A stretch of 64,000 bases of DNA from Candidatus Woesearchaeota archaeon. GTDB lineage: Archaea; Nanobdellota; Nanobdellia; Woesearchaeales; UBA583. The notes below the pieces were generated by a model. The model saw only the letters and a program-made list of their open reading frames with translations. It made no database searches and was not told where the DNA came from. Position 1 is the stretch's first letter. Each line of letters begins with the position of its first letter. Below, one piece after another: positions 10,807 to 21,033 of this stretch. Position numbers and translations under genes: made by a program. Location: the NCBI GenBank assembly GCA_965205335.1, contig OZ242164.1:800001-864000 (forward strand), in the 5' to 3' direction.

Positions 10807-12005
10807 AAAGAATTTTATTTTTATGTTATTCAATGAAAATTGGAAAAGGAACGGAAATGGTTATGACAAAAATAGCAAATGAATTATCAAAGAATCATAG
10901 AACATATTTCTTAACCTTATATGACTTAAAACCATATATTAAATTTAATGGGAAATATGAGAGTTTAAATTCAAAATTTGAGATTTTAAATCCTATCCTG
11001 TATCCTTTGAAAATGTTACAATATTTTTACAGAGCTTACAAAATAAAAATATACTGTAAGAAAAATAATATAACACACATAATTTCATCTCTTGAAGAAT
11101 TAAATATACCAGCAATATTTAGCAAAATCATCTTCAACAATAAAATAAATATTTTTGTTTCAGTTCATGTGAATCCACAAGTTTATTTAAAATCTAAAAT
11201 TAAAAAAATGTTGATATTAAAAACATATAGGATTGCAGATAAAGTTATTTCAATTTCTAAATATCAAGAAGAAATATTAAAGAAGGATTTTAATTTAAAA
11301 AATACAGAAATGATTCATAATTTAATTGATTTAAGTGAAATAAAGGAAAAATTAAGAGAAGAAATCTCAAAAGAAGAAAGAGAAAAATACTTTCACAAAA
11401 AATTTACGTTTATAACCATTGCAAGACTGGTTGAAAGTAAGAATTTATTTGTTTTATTTAGGTGCTTTAGAAAAATAGTAGAAAGAGAGAAAGACACAAA
11501 TTTAATAGTTTTAGGGGAGGGAGAATTAAAAAAAGATTTAGAAGAATTTATTGAAAAATTAGGATTGAAAGACAATATATTTTTATTGGGGCAGAAAGAT
11601 AATATTTATTCTTACTTGAAGGAATGTGATTGTTTTGTTTTTCCAACTTTATCTGAAGCTTTTGGTATGGTATTACTTGAAAGTTTAGCATCAAACATTC
11701 CAATAATTTCAACTGATTGCATAAGCGGTCCAAGAGAAATTTTATGTCCAGAATTAGAAATTAGTGCGAGAATAAAATATCCTTATTATGGGAAGTATGG
11801 TATTTTAACACAACCATTCTTGGAAAATGAGGATACAAGAAAAACATTAAATGAAGAATCATTAACAAAAAAAGAAATTGAATTATCTAATATTATGCTT
11901 AACATTATTAATATCAAAAAATTACAAAAAAAATATTCAAAGGGATTAGAGAGAGCAAGAGAATTTGATATTAAAAATATAATTAAGAATTGGAAAAAGT
12001 TATAA
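10803..12005 (+). CDS. GT4 glycosyltransferase
   Basis: IARLVESKN, EAFGMVLLE (EX7E), STDCISGPREI. Confidence 0.9.
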   Translation: MKRILFLCYSMKIGKGTEMVMTKIANELSKNHRTYFLTLYDLKPYIKFNGKYESLNSKFEILNPILYPLKMLQYFYRAYKIKIYCKKNNITHIISSLEELNIPAIFSKIIFNNKINIFVSVHVNPQVYLKSKIKKMLILKTYRIADKVISISKYQEEILKKDFNLKNTEMIHNLIDLSEIKEKLREEISKEEREKYFHKKFTFITIARLVESKNLFVLFRCFRKIVEREKDTNLIVLGEGELKKDLEEFIEKLGLKDNIFLLGQKDNIYSYLKECDCFVFPTLSEAFGMVLLESLASNIPIISTDCISGPREILCPELEISARIKYPYYGKYGILTQPFLENEDTRKTLNEESLTKKEIELSNIMLNIINIKKLQKKYSKGLERAREFDIKNIIKNWKKL

Positions 12006-12027
12006 ACTCATTAAAATTTTAATTTAT

Positions 12028-12756
12028 ATGATAAGAGTTTTAAGGAATTTTATTGCTAAGAATATGAAGTTTTTTCTAAGACTGATTCCTAAATCATTTA
12101 CAGATAATGACTTAATAAATGGTCTTAATGGTGTTAGGCATTACAGAAATATTAGTAAGATTATAGAATCTAACAAAGTGGATTTAGTTTTGGATATTGG
12201 TGCTAATTATGGCATATATTCACTAATTTTGAGAAACTTTGGATATAGTAAAGACATCATAGCATTTGAGCCTGTGAAGGAGAATTTTAGAATCTTGAAG
12301 GAAAATTTAAAAAATGAAAAGAACATAAAATTAGAAAATAAAGCAGTAGGTGACAAAAACCAAATAAAGCAAATTAATGTTCTTGGCTACAATAAAGGAG
12401 GCAGTTCATTTTTAGAACCGACAAATCATTATAAGGACAGATATACTGAAAATGTCAATGTTGTAAGATTAGATGATTATTTTGATGGAGGGGGAGGAAA
12501 AAATATATTCTTAAAGGCTGATGTTCAGGGTTATGAAGATTTGATATTGAAAGGAGCAAAACAATTATTAAAATCAGATAAAATTAAATTAATTCAATTA
12601 GAACTCTCAACTAAAGATTGTTTCTACAAAGGGCAATCTAATTTTTATGAAGTTCAAAAATTCTTAGAAAACTTCAATTTCAGGTTGGTTTATGTAAAGC
12701 CAAACCAGTTTGATAATGAAGGGATTTTGGAAGGTGATTTCTTTTTCTCAAAGTAA
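12028..12756 (+). CDS. FkbM family methyltransferase
   Basis: LDIGANYG, FEP, LKADVQGYE. Confidence 0.9.
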   Translation: MIRVLRNFIAKNMKFFLRLIPKSFTDNDLINGLNGVRHYRNISKIIESNKVDLVLDIGANYGIYSLILRNFGYSKDIIAFEPVKENFRILKENLKNEKNIKLENKAVGDKNQIKQINVLGYNKGGSSFLEPTNHYKDRYTENVNVVRLDDYFDGGGGKNIFLKADVQGYEDLILKGAKQLLKSDKIKLIQLELSTKDCFYKGQSNFYEVQKFLENFNFRLVYVKPNQFDNEGILEGDFFFSK

Positions 12757-12930
12757 AATTCATTAAACTATTTGTCTTTATAAAAATTAATGTGGGGCCC
12801 ATAAGGATAGGAATTATTTTTTAGTTCATCAATGACTTGTTTGTAAGTTAAGTTCTTCCTAACAGTATATAACAAATCTTTTCCAACTTTCATTTTATAA
12901 AAGGGTAGAATAAATTTGAAGATTTTTTCT

Positions 12931-13743
12931 TCATAAAAAACTTAACCATAATGGCCCCTCATTACTCATAATTTTAATTTTAAAACCTATCTCTTCCATA
13001 ATTTTCATAAATTCAATGCATTTATCCAAATCTAAAATTTGATTATGAAATTCCAAACAAAACCACAAATTTTTAACTTTCTTTAAAAATCCTTTATTTC
13101 CCTTTATTAAATTATATTCAAATCCTTCAATATCTGTTCTTATAAGAACATTTTTCAAAGGGATGTTGTTTTCCTTAAATAATTTCTCTAATGTTTGAAT
13201 TTCAATTTTTTCAGTATCTGCACTTTCTGTAAATTTGCTTTTATACAATGAACTCCAATTACCTTGCTTTGGTATAAATATTTTTGAGAATCCATTTCTA
13301 TCTCCTGCTCCAACTTTTTTAATAGAAACTTTATCTTCCAAATTATTTCTTAACATATTAAGTTTCAAAACTTCAAAGATTCTACCAACAGGTTCAATTG
13401 CAAGGATATTTGCTTTGCAGTATTGATTTTCTAATAAAACAAAATCCCCAATATTTGCTCCTAAGTCTATGATGTTATCTATCTTATTGTTTTTTAAGAT
13501 TTCTTTCATAATCCCAGTATTTAATGGTTCTTTAACATTTATTGTTAATATTTCTTTGGTTATCCCAGTATCATCCACATCAATAAATATATTTGAATCT
13601 GTCTCTTTATATTTCACATCTAAAAGTTTTAACCCTTTCTTATGATGCAAAAATCTACCAATTTTATAATAAAAAAATTCATACAACTTAAAATATCCAT
13701 AAAATGGAAGGCAAAAAAATAATCCTATTGTTTTTTTGAGCAT
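12931..13743 (-). CDS. FkbM family methyltransferase (C-terminus possibly frameshifted)
   Basis: IDLGANIG, AIEP, TDIEGFE; an open alternative frame continues from the A6 tract near 12935 to about 12790. Confidence 0.8.
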   Translation of the reverse strand: MLKKTIGLFFCLPFYGYFKLYEFFYYKIGRFLHHKKGLKLLDVKYKETDSNIFIDVDDTGITKEILTINVKEPLNTGIMKEILKNNKIDNIIDLGANIGDFVLLENQYCKANILAIEPVGRIFEVLKLNMLRNNLEDKVSIKKVGAGDRNGFSKIFIPKQGNWSSLYKSKFTESADTEKIEIQTLEKLFKENNIPLKNVLIRTDIEGFEYNLIKGNKGFLKKVKNLWFCLEFHNQILDLDKCIEFMKIMEEIGFKIKIMSNEGPLWLSFL

Positions 13744-13827
13744 AAAAATATAAAATAATCCTTAAAAAATTAAGAATTACATTTGATAATGTTTTAAATC
13801 AAACAAATAGAAGTTTTGAAGTAAAAT

Positions 13828-14946
13828 TCAATTCTTCATCTTATCATTTAGGAAGTCTAACAACTTCTCATTTGAATTTATAAAATCATAAAAATATAAT
13901 TCTCTTATTTTACTATTAGTAATTCTACATTCTTTTGGATAATTATTAAGAATTTTCTTGAATTTCAGATTATACTTTTCAAATATTAAATTCTTATCAA
14001 ACACTTCTAGATTTTTGTATAATAAACCAACATTCTTCATATACAAATTTAAATCTGGCATAAACATTATAACTTCTTTATTTAAATAAATAGAATTAAA
14101 GAATAATGAACTATAATCATTTACACTTACATCTATGAATGGGAGATATTTTTCTGATGAGATTTTTCCAAACTTAAAATTTTTCATCTGTAATTTGATT
14201 TGACTCTCTCTAAATTTATCTTTATCTCTTGGATGAAGATTAATTATAAAGAACATATTTTCATTGTCTCTTATAATTTCCATAAATTTTTCTAAGATTA
14301 ATTCTATTTTTTCTCCTGTTTGTCTTCCTTCCCATTTATCTCTATATGTTGGAGAGAATAAAACTATCTTTCTATACTTCTTTCTGTATTGCTTTATCTT
14401 TGATATCTCTTTTTTATCCTCTGATTTCAAAAATAATTCTATATTATCATAAAAATATAGTAAAGGTTCTCCAAATTCCAAAATTTGATTAGGATGTAAA
14501 TCAAACGCATATGAATAAATTGAGGAAGTTAGGAATGAATTTGTGACGAAAAAATCAATTTCTCTCCTATAATTCAACACTTTATTTTTTTGGTCTAATA
14601 AAGTAATCTTTTTTAGAGGTATGCCATGATGTAGTGCAATAACTTTCTGTCTCTTAACTTTTACGACGTTGCTTCCGTGAGTAGTCAGGACATATTTTGC
14701 CCTAAAAAAACTCCAGATTCCCTTAATACTTAAAATCTTAATGGTTTCTTTATCCTCCTCTTCTGAAATAAATTTGAAATAAAATCTAACATTTTTTTTA
14801 TTCTTTTTAAGATATTCGTGAAAAATGTAGCAGTTTCCACTATATCTCCACGGAGAATATAATATAACGAGTTTGTTGCACTTCGGAATAAAGAAATTAA
14901 TAAATCTTAAGATTCTTTGTAGGAACAGATTCTTTCTTAGAGTCAT
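13828..14946 (-). CDS. CDP-glycerol glycerophosphotransferase (TagF/TagB family)
   Basis: LHHGIPLKK, FSPTYR, LHP, DYSS motifs. Confidence 0.85.
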   Translation of the reverse strand: MTLRKNLFLQRILRFINFFIPKCNKLVILYSPWRYSGNCYIFHEYLKKNKKNVRFYFKFISEEEDKETIKILSIKGIWSFFRAKYVLTTHGSNVVKVKRQKVIALHHGIPLKKITLLDQKNKVLNYRREIDFFVTNSFLTSSIYSYAFDLHPNQILEFGEPLLYFYDNIELFLKSEDKKEISKIKQYRKKYRKIVLFSPTYRDKWEGRQTGEKIELILEKFMEIIRDNENMFFIINLHPRDKDKFRESQIKLQMKNFKFGKISSEKYLPFIDVSVNDYSSLFFNSIYLNKEVIMFMPDLNLYMKNVGLLYKNLEVFDKNLIFEKYNLKFKKILNNYPKECRITNSKIRELYFYDFINSNEKLLDFLNDKMKN

Positions 14947-14996
14947 ATATAAATAAAATTAATAAGTTTTATAAATATTCTCTTTTTTCCTTAATT

Positions 14997-16496
14997 ATGA
15001 AAGCAATAATCTTATCTGCAGGAGTTGGTTCTAGACTAAGACCCATGACAAATAATAAACCAAAGACATTAGTTGAAGTTAATAATAAACCTATGTTAGG
15101 TTATATCTTAGACTCTTTGATTGAATCTGAAATTGAAGATATTATTTTGATTGTTGGTTTTGAAAAAGAGAAGATAATGAAATTCTGTAAAGAAAAATAT
15201 CCAACTCAGAATATCAAGTTCATTGAAAATGAAATTTATGAGGATTCAAACAATTCATATAGTTTATATCTTGCAAAAAAAGAGTTAAACGAAGATTTCA
15301 TATTAATGAATGCAGACTTAGTTATTGAGCCATCAATTATAAAAAAGTTAATAACAAAAAAAGGTAGTTCCATAGCAGTTGATGTCGGAATATATAATGA
15401 AGAATCTATGAAAGTTATAGTCAGAGAAGGGTTAATTGAAAGGATTTCAAAAAAAATAAGTCTAGGAGATTCCCATGGTTGTAGCATAGATATTTATAAG
15501 TTTATGAAAAAAGACTGCATTAAAATAGTGAATGAACTGAAAAGAGTTATTGAAATTGAGAAGGATTTAAATCAATGGAGTGAAGTTATATTAGATAGAT
15601 TATTTTCAAGAAGAGAATTGAAAACAGAGGTTTGTGATATTTCTGGTTTTAAATGGTTTGAAATTGATAATTATGAGGATTTGTCACAAGCAGAATTACT
15701 ATTTAATATTCATTTACCTAATTTAAAAAATAAGAATATATTTTTTGTAGATAATGATGGAACTTTAACTAAAGATAGTGAGATGTTAGGAGGCTCTAAA
15801 CAGTTTATAGAAAAGATAAAAAGTAAAAATAAATTTTTTCATTTATGTACAAATAATTCTTCTAAATCTCCTTTTGATTACATGAAATATTTTAGCAATA
15901 AGAAAGTAAAACTTAAGGAAAGTGAAATTTTAGTTTCAATAAATCCATGTATTGATTTTTTTAAAAAGAGCAATTTTAAGAAAATATTCTGGGTTGCGAA
16001 TTCTAAAATTACAAAATACTTGAAGAAAGAGGATTTCATTTTTACTAAAAAAAATCCTCAAGCAATACTTTTAACTTATGATAACGAGATAAATTATGAG
16101 AAAATTAAAGATACAATTGACTTAATAAGAGAAGGAGTTCCTTATTATGCAACACATATAGATATGTTTTACCCTTCAAAAAGAGGGTTAATCCCTGACA
16201 TTGGATGTTTTATGGATATGATTTTTAAGTGTACAAAACAGAACCCAGTAAAAACTTTTGGAAAACCATCAATAGATTTTATAGAAGAAGCAATAAATAA
16301 AAATAATTCAAATTATGAAGATTGTGTAATAATTGGAGATAGACTTTATACAGATATGAAAATGGGAAGCGATAAAGGTATTATTAGGATTTTAGTTTTG
16401 TCTGGAGAAACAACAAGAGGAGAATATGAATTACAAGACAAAACAAAAGTTGATATAATTGTTAATAGTATAAAGGACTTAATTAAATATATATAG
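14997..16496 (+). CDS. Nucleotidyltransferase (LicC/Gtp2-like) fused to HAD-IIA (NagD/Gtp3-like) domain
   Basis: N-terminal ILSAGVGSRL..PK..EIDNYEDL; C-terminal DNDGT, TNNSS, GKP, GDRLYTD. Confidence 0.85.
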   Translation: MKAIILSAGVGSRLRPMTNNKPKTLVEVNNKPMLGYILDSLIESEIEDIILIVGFEKEKIMKFCKEKYPTQNIKFIENEIYEDSNNSYSLYLAKKELNEDFILMNADLVIEPSIIKKLITKKGSSIAVDVGIYNEESMKVIVREGLIERISKKISLGDSHGCSIDIYKFMKKDCIKIVNELKRVIEIEKDLNQWSEVILDRLFSRRELKTEVCDISGFKWFEIDNYEDLSQAELLFNIHLPNLKNKNIFFVDNDGTLTKDSEMLGGSKQFIEKIKSKNKFFHLCTNNSSKSPFDYMKYFSNKKVKLKESEILVSINPCIDFFKKSNFKKIFWVANSKITKYLKKEDFIFTKKNPQAILLTYDNEINYEKIKDTIDLIREGVPYYATHIDMFYPSKRGLIPDIGCFMDMIFKCTKQNPVKTFGKPSIDFIEEAINKNNSNYEDCVIIGDRLYTDMKMGSDKGIIRILVLSGETTRGEYELQDKTKVDIIVNSIKDLIKYI

Positions 16497-16500
16497 TTTT

Positions 16501-16974
16501 TTATATGACACACCTTTTCATAATCCTAATATTTAATGGTTCTTTAACATTTATTGTTAATATCTCTTTAGTTATCCCTGTATCAGTCACATCAATAAAT
16601 ATATTTGAATTTGTCTCTTTATATTTAACATCTAAAAGTTTTAACCCTTTCTTATGATGCAAAAATCTACCAATTTTATAAATATCAAATGTCTCTTGTT
16701 CATTAATAAACATAAAAGCATTACCAACATCTGGAAAGTATAGTTTAGTTTTATCAACTTTTAAAATAATTTCTTCTGTTTTTCTTCTAAAAAATTTGAG
16801 TTTAATATACTCTAATTTTCTTTTGCATTTATAAAATGTTAAAATTCTGAAATAAATATTTTTAGGAAGCAATTTTAAAATACCAAAATAGATTTTAATA
16901 ATGATATTTATGAAAAAAACCTCCTTGTTTTTCCTAATGAATCTGACTGTCTTAACTCTCAGTTTCCTAATCAT
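16501..16974 (-). pseudogene. Chimeric, truncated FkbM-related fragment
   Basis: Last ~55 codons (16516-16681) are a ~95% identical copy of 13504-13669; no SAM-binding motif. Confidence 0.7.
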
Positions 16975-17915
16975 TTTAACATCTTCCTAACTTCTTTCTC
17001 ATTTTCTAATATCTTTTTAACTCCTTTCTCAAAATTTCTTGGTTTAAACTCTGGAAGAATTTTCTTCAACTTTCTTATATCTGTTCTCTTCTCAAAAGTT
17101 CCATCTGGTTTTGACTTATCCCAAATTATCTTTCCTTTAAAATTTGTAATACTTTTCATAATATTCACATATTCCTTTATAGAATAATCAAAGCCAGTAC
17201 CAACATTTATAATTTCACTTGAATCATAATTCTTCATTAAATAAATAAGAGCATTAGCACAATCATCATTAAACAAAGCTTCTCTTCTTGGTTTTCCTGA
17301 ACCCCAGAATATAATTTCTTTTAAATTTTTTTTTTTTGCCAATACAAATTTTTTAATTAAAGATGCTAAAAAATGCCCATTTTCCAAATCATAATTATCA
17401 CTAATCCCATACATATTTGTAGGCATAATGCAAATAGAATTTATATTATATTGCTCTCTATATTTTTGACAAGCAATTATTCCTGTTATTTTTGAAATAG
17501 AATAACCAATATTTGTCTCTTCAAGTTTCCCACACAAAAATCTACTCTCATTTATAGGTTGTGGGTTTTCTTTTGGATAAATGCATGTTGAACCAGTATA
17601 TAATATCTTTGATTTTTTTGAAAAGTTTTTAACGGCATCTAACAAATTTAAAATCATCATTGTGTTTTCGTACAAGAAATCTGCCTGATGACTTTTATTG
17701 CCTAAAATTCCTCCAACTAAACCTGCCACCGTAAATATAAATTGTGGTTTCTCCCTTTTAATATAATTTTCAACTTTCTTTTTATCAAGCAAATTCAGTT
17801 CTTTAGAAGAAGGAGTTAAGATATTTTTGAACTTTTGTTCTCTTAATAATTTTACAACAGAACTTCCTAAAAGCCCACTTCCTCCTAAAACTAAGATTTT
17901 TGAATTTTTTTTCAC
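16971..17915 (-). CDS. fcl: GDP-L-fucose synthase
   Basis: GGSGLLGS, VGGILGN, STCIYPK, YSISK, MPTNMYG, WGSGKPRRE. Confidence 0.92.
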   Translation of the reverse strand: MKKNSKILVLGGSGLLGSSVVKLLREQKFKNILTPSSKELNLLDKKKVENYIKREKPQFIFTVAGLVGGILGNKSHQADFLYENTMMILNLLDAVKNFSKKSKILYTGSTCIYPKENPQPINESRFLCGKLEETNIGYSISKITGIIACQKYREQYNINSICIMPTNMYGISDNYDLENGHFLASLIKKFVLAKKKNLKEIIFWGSGKPRREALFNDDCANALIYLMKNYDSSEIINVGTGFDYSIKEYVNIMKSITNFKGKIIWDKSKPDGTFEKRTDIRKLKKILPEFKPRNFEKGVKKILENEKEVRKMLK

Positions 17916-17916
17916 T

Positions 17917-18975
17917 TTAAAACAAAAACTCTCCCTTATTTTCTTTCATTAATTTATAATCAGCTTTTACCATTATCTTAACCAAATTCTTAAATTTTGT
18001 CTTTGCTTCCCAGCCTAAATCTTTTTTAGCGAGAGTAGGATCTCCTAAAAGAAAATCTACTTCTGTTGGTCTAAAATATTTTGGATTAACCTTTACAATA
18101 GTTTTTTTTGATTTCTTATCTATACCAGTCTCATTAATCCCTTTTCCTCTCCACTCTAAATCAAAACCAAGTTCCTTTGCACAAAGTTCAACAAACTCTC
18201 TAACACTATGAGTCTCTCCAGTTGCTATAACATAATCTTTTGGTTTTTTGGATTGAAGTATTAACCACATTGCTTCAACATAATCTTTTGCATATCCCCA
18301 ATCTCTTTTTGAATCTAAATTTCCAAGTTCTAAAACTTTTTGATAACCTAATTTAATTCTTGATAATCCAAGTGTGATTTTCCGAGAAACAAAATTAAAT
18401 CCTCTCCTCTCACTTTCATGATTAAATAATATTCCATTGCAGGCAAAAATATTATATGCTTCTCTGTAATTCTTTATTATCCAGAAACCATACAATTTGG
18501 CAACACCATAAGGACTTCTTGGATAAAAAGGAGTATTTTCATTTTGCGGAGTTTCAAGGACCTTTCCATAAAGTTCAGAACTTGATGCTTGATAAAATTT
18601 TGTTTTCTTAGAGAGCCCTAATTCTCTTATAGTTTCAATAATTTTTAAAGTTCCAATAGCATCAATATTTGCAGTGATTTCAGGAATTTCAAAAGAAATT
18701 TTAACATGACTTTGCGCGGCTAAATTATATATCTCATCAGGTTTTATCCTTTTTATTAAACTTATCAAACTAGTTGTATCTGTCATATCTCCATAATGCA
18801 GAAACAATCTTTTATCCATTATATTTTTATTTTTATATAAATGATTTATTCTCCATGTGTTTATTGAACTTGACCTTCTAATCATGCCATGAACTTCATA
18901 ATCCTTATTAAGTAAAAATTCTGCAAGATAACTTCCATCCTGCCCAGTAATCCCTGTAATAAGTGCCTTTTTCAT
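17917..18975 (-). CDS. gmd: GDP-mannose 4,6-dehydratase
   Basis: [41 protein letters not shown]. Confidence 0.97.
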   Translation of the reverse strand: MKKALITGITGQDGSYLAEFLLNKDYEVHGMIRRSSSINTWRINHLYKNKNIMDKRLFLHYGDMTDTTSLISLIKRIKPDEIYNLAAQSHVKISFEIPEITANIDAIGTLKIIETIRELGLSKKTKFYQASSSELYGKVLETPQNENTPFYPRSPYGVAKLYGFWIIKNYREAYNIFACNGILFNHESERRGFNFVSRKITLGLSRIKLGYQKVLELGNLDSKRDWGYAKDYVEAMWLILQSKKPKDYVIATGETHSVREFVELCAKELGFDLEWRGKGINETGIDKKSKKTIVKVNPKYFRPTEVDFLLGDPTLAKKDLGWEAKTKFKNLVKIMVKADYKLMKENKGEFLF

Positions 18976-19075
18976 ATTATGAATATTATTAATTCATTTA
19001 ATTAATTTTTGTTTTTGAAGCACCTCTTACATTCTTTTGATTAATAGCATTTATTTTTTAATAATCTCAATTTGT

Positions 19076-19837
19076 TTATTTCTTGCAACATATCTTAATC
19101 AATAAATTATGTAACCATTTAATTCTTCTTATGTATCTGAAAATAAAGTTATACAATTTGCTTTTATAAAAAATGTTTTGAAACCTTGACACTATTATAT
19201 AAAAATATAACTTTTTCTTAAAGAATCTACTTCTTTGGTTTATAAAAATTTTATCAAAATAGTTTTGCTTTAATAATATAAAATTATTTTGCTTTAATAT
19301 ATTATCAACTTTTTTCAAATTATTATTATCTTCTACACTTATAACATCAATGAATGTTTTTTGAAAATTAATATCTTTTAAAATATCCTCTTCTCTTCCT
19401 TCAATATCTAATGATAAATAATTTATTCTTCTAATCTTCCTTTCTTTTAAAAATGTAGAAATTGCTATAGTAGATATATCTATCTCTTTAACTTTATTCT
19501 GTTTTTTCAACTTCTTTCTCTCTATATTGGAGAACGAAGAATAAATTCCACTAAGCATTGGAGCATCTTCAATCAATAAAAATTTTTCCTTTCCTCTTTT
19601 GTTTGAAATTCCATAGTTCAAGCAAATTGTTTTCCTTTTAGACTTTAATTTCTTAAAATATTTGGGTATAGGTTCAAAACACCATCCTCTCCATTTTAGC
19701 TGTTTCTCAAAGAAATAAGTATTAGATAAGGTAATTCCATCAAAAGCTCCTAAATCTAAGAAAACTCCATTTCTAAAATCCTTAAAAACTTTTTTGTGTA
19801 GAAATTTATCTTGTCCAACTTGACTATAATATTTCAT
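19076..19837 (-). CDS. FkbM family methyltransferase
   Basis: YSQVGQD, FLDLGAFDG, SNTYFFE, LSLDIEGRE. Confidence 0.88.
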   Translation of the reverse strand: MKYYSQVGQDKFLHKKVFKDFRNGVFLDLGAFDGITLSNTYFFEKQLKWRGWCFEPIPKYFKKLKSKRKTICLNYGISNKRGKEKFLLIEDAPMLSGIYSSFSNIERKKLKKQNKVKEIDISTIAISTFLKERKIRRINYLSLDIEGREEDILKDINFQKTFIDVISVEDNNNLKKVDNILKQNNFILLKQNYFDKIFINQRSRFFKKKLYFYIIVSRFQNIFYKSKLYNFIFRYIRRIKWLHNLLIKICCKK

Positions 19838-19862
19838 AATATCTAATTACAACAAGAATTGT

Positions 19863-19876
19863 TATATAAATTTTGT
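19863..19876 (-). promoter_or_regulatory. BRE-TATA (ACAAAA-TTTATATA) of the FkbM gene, abutting the IS TSD
   Basis: TATA begins 33 nt before the ATG at 19837. Confidence 0.7.
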
Positions 19877-19884
19877 GAAAATTT

Positions 19885-20914
19885 GGCTCTGTCCGAAAAT
19901 TAATTTTTTTAAGGAAGAAGAGATGAAAACACTATTTGATACTAAAACATTATTATTTTTCTTTTGAAAATTATCCAATTTTCATAGAAGAAAATTACAT
20001 AAGAAAGTTTTTTTCTTATGTTATACCACAGAATATTCCATGCTATTTCTCTTTTTTTCATAAAATGTGTCCTACTTCTGATATTTAGTCCTTGAACTCT
20101 CTTCAGGGATGAAAACACACTCTCCACATTGTTCCTTTTATTGTATAATTCTTTATTTTTGTGATATTTTTGTTTGATTTTACAATGCTTAACGATATTA
20201 TGTTTAGTTTTTCCATAATTTTTTGGCGGGAAAATCAAATCTATATCTTTTTCTTTGAGATTTTCTAAATGATCAAAGGAAAAGTATCCTTTATCTGCGA
20301 CAAGGACACTTTTCCTGACTTTTAATCTTTTGAAAAGTTTGTTTGCAACTTTTGAATCATGCTGATTCTTAACCAAGAAAGAAAAGTCTATTATTTGTTT
20401 AGAGCCTTGCACATCACAAATTATGTCTAATTTATGCCAAGGAGATTTGGGTTCAAATCGTATTCTATGTTTGTAATAAGTAGTTTTATGGTCTGCATCA
20501 ATTCCCGAACCATCAATTGCTACAAGTTCTGGGTTGGAATTCTCTAAAGAAAATCTAATCAAATCTCGGATAAAAGAAACTGAGAAGGACTTTAACCAAT
20601 CATGGAGAGTTGATTTTCCTGGAATATGTTTTAGTTGCAACCAATGTTTCCAAGCAGTTAAAACGCCGTCTAAATTGCTTACGAACCTTCTAAGAGATTT
20701 TCCTGATTGGATATATAAGACTATTATAGCAACTCTTTGATAATTATTAAAGAGTTTGCAACCCCTCACAAAATTGTGAGGCCTTAACCTTAAACTATGA
20801 CAAAGTTTAAGTATTTCTTTATGTAAACTATTAGTAAAGTTGGTTGTCTTTAGCATAAAAAACTACCAACTTTACACTTTATTAATTCTTTGATTTGAAT
20901 TTTCGGACAGAGCC
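19885..20914 (-). mobile_element. IS5-family (ISH1/IS903-like) insertion sequence, 1030 bp
   Basis: Perfect 17-bp TIR GGCTCTGTCCGAAAATT; 8-bp TSD GAAAATTT at 19877-19884 and 20915-20922. Confidence 0.9.
19942..20856 (-). CDS. DDE transposase (IS5-type)
   Basis: AIDGSG, HDS, ADKGY, YNKRNNVESVFSSLKR (YREK-like). Confidence 0.92.
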   Translation of the reverse strand: MLKTTNFTNSLHKEILKLCHSLRLRPHNFVRGCKLFNNYQRVAIIVLYIQSGKSLRRFVSNLDGVLTAWKHWLQLKHIPGKSTLHDWLKSFSVSFIRDLIRFSLENSNPELVAIDGSGIDADHKTTYYKHRIRFEPKSPWHKLDIICDVQGSKQIIDFSFLVKNQHDSKVANKLFKRLKVRKSVLVADKGYFSFDHLENLKEKDIDLIFPPKNYGKTKHNIVKHCKIKQKYHKNKELYNKRNNVESVFSSLKRVQGLNIRSRTHFMKKREIAWNILWYNIRKKLSYVIFFYENWIIFKRKIIMF

Positions 20915-21033
20915 GAAAATTTACTGTTCATTTTATTGAGTAAGATTTATAAATATAAGAGAGAGTTATTTTTAATGCTTTTCTTAGACACCATTTCCAA
21001 AAGATTTGATTTAATTGAGTGAAATTTCAAAAA

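Larger units (their letters stand above)
13504..16681. repeat. 166-bp direct repeat (13504-13669 / 16516-16681)
   Basis: Both copies encode YKIGRFLHHKKGLKLLDVKYKET.SNIFIDV.DTGITKEILTINVKEPLN; about 9 mismatches. Confidence 0.9.
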
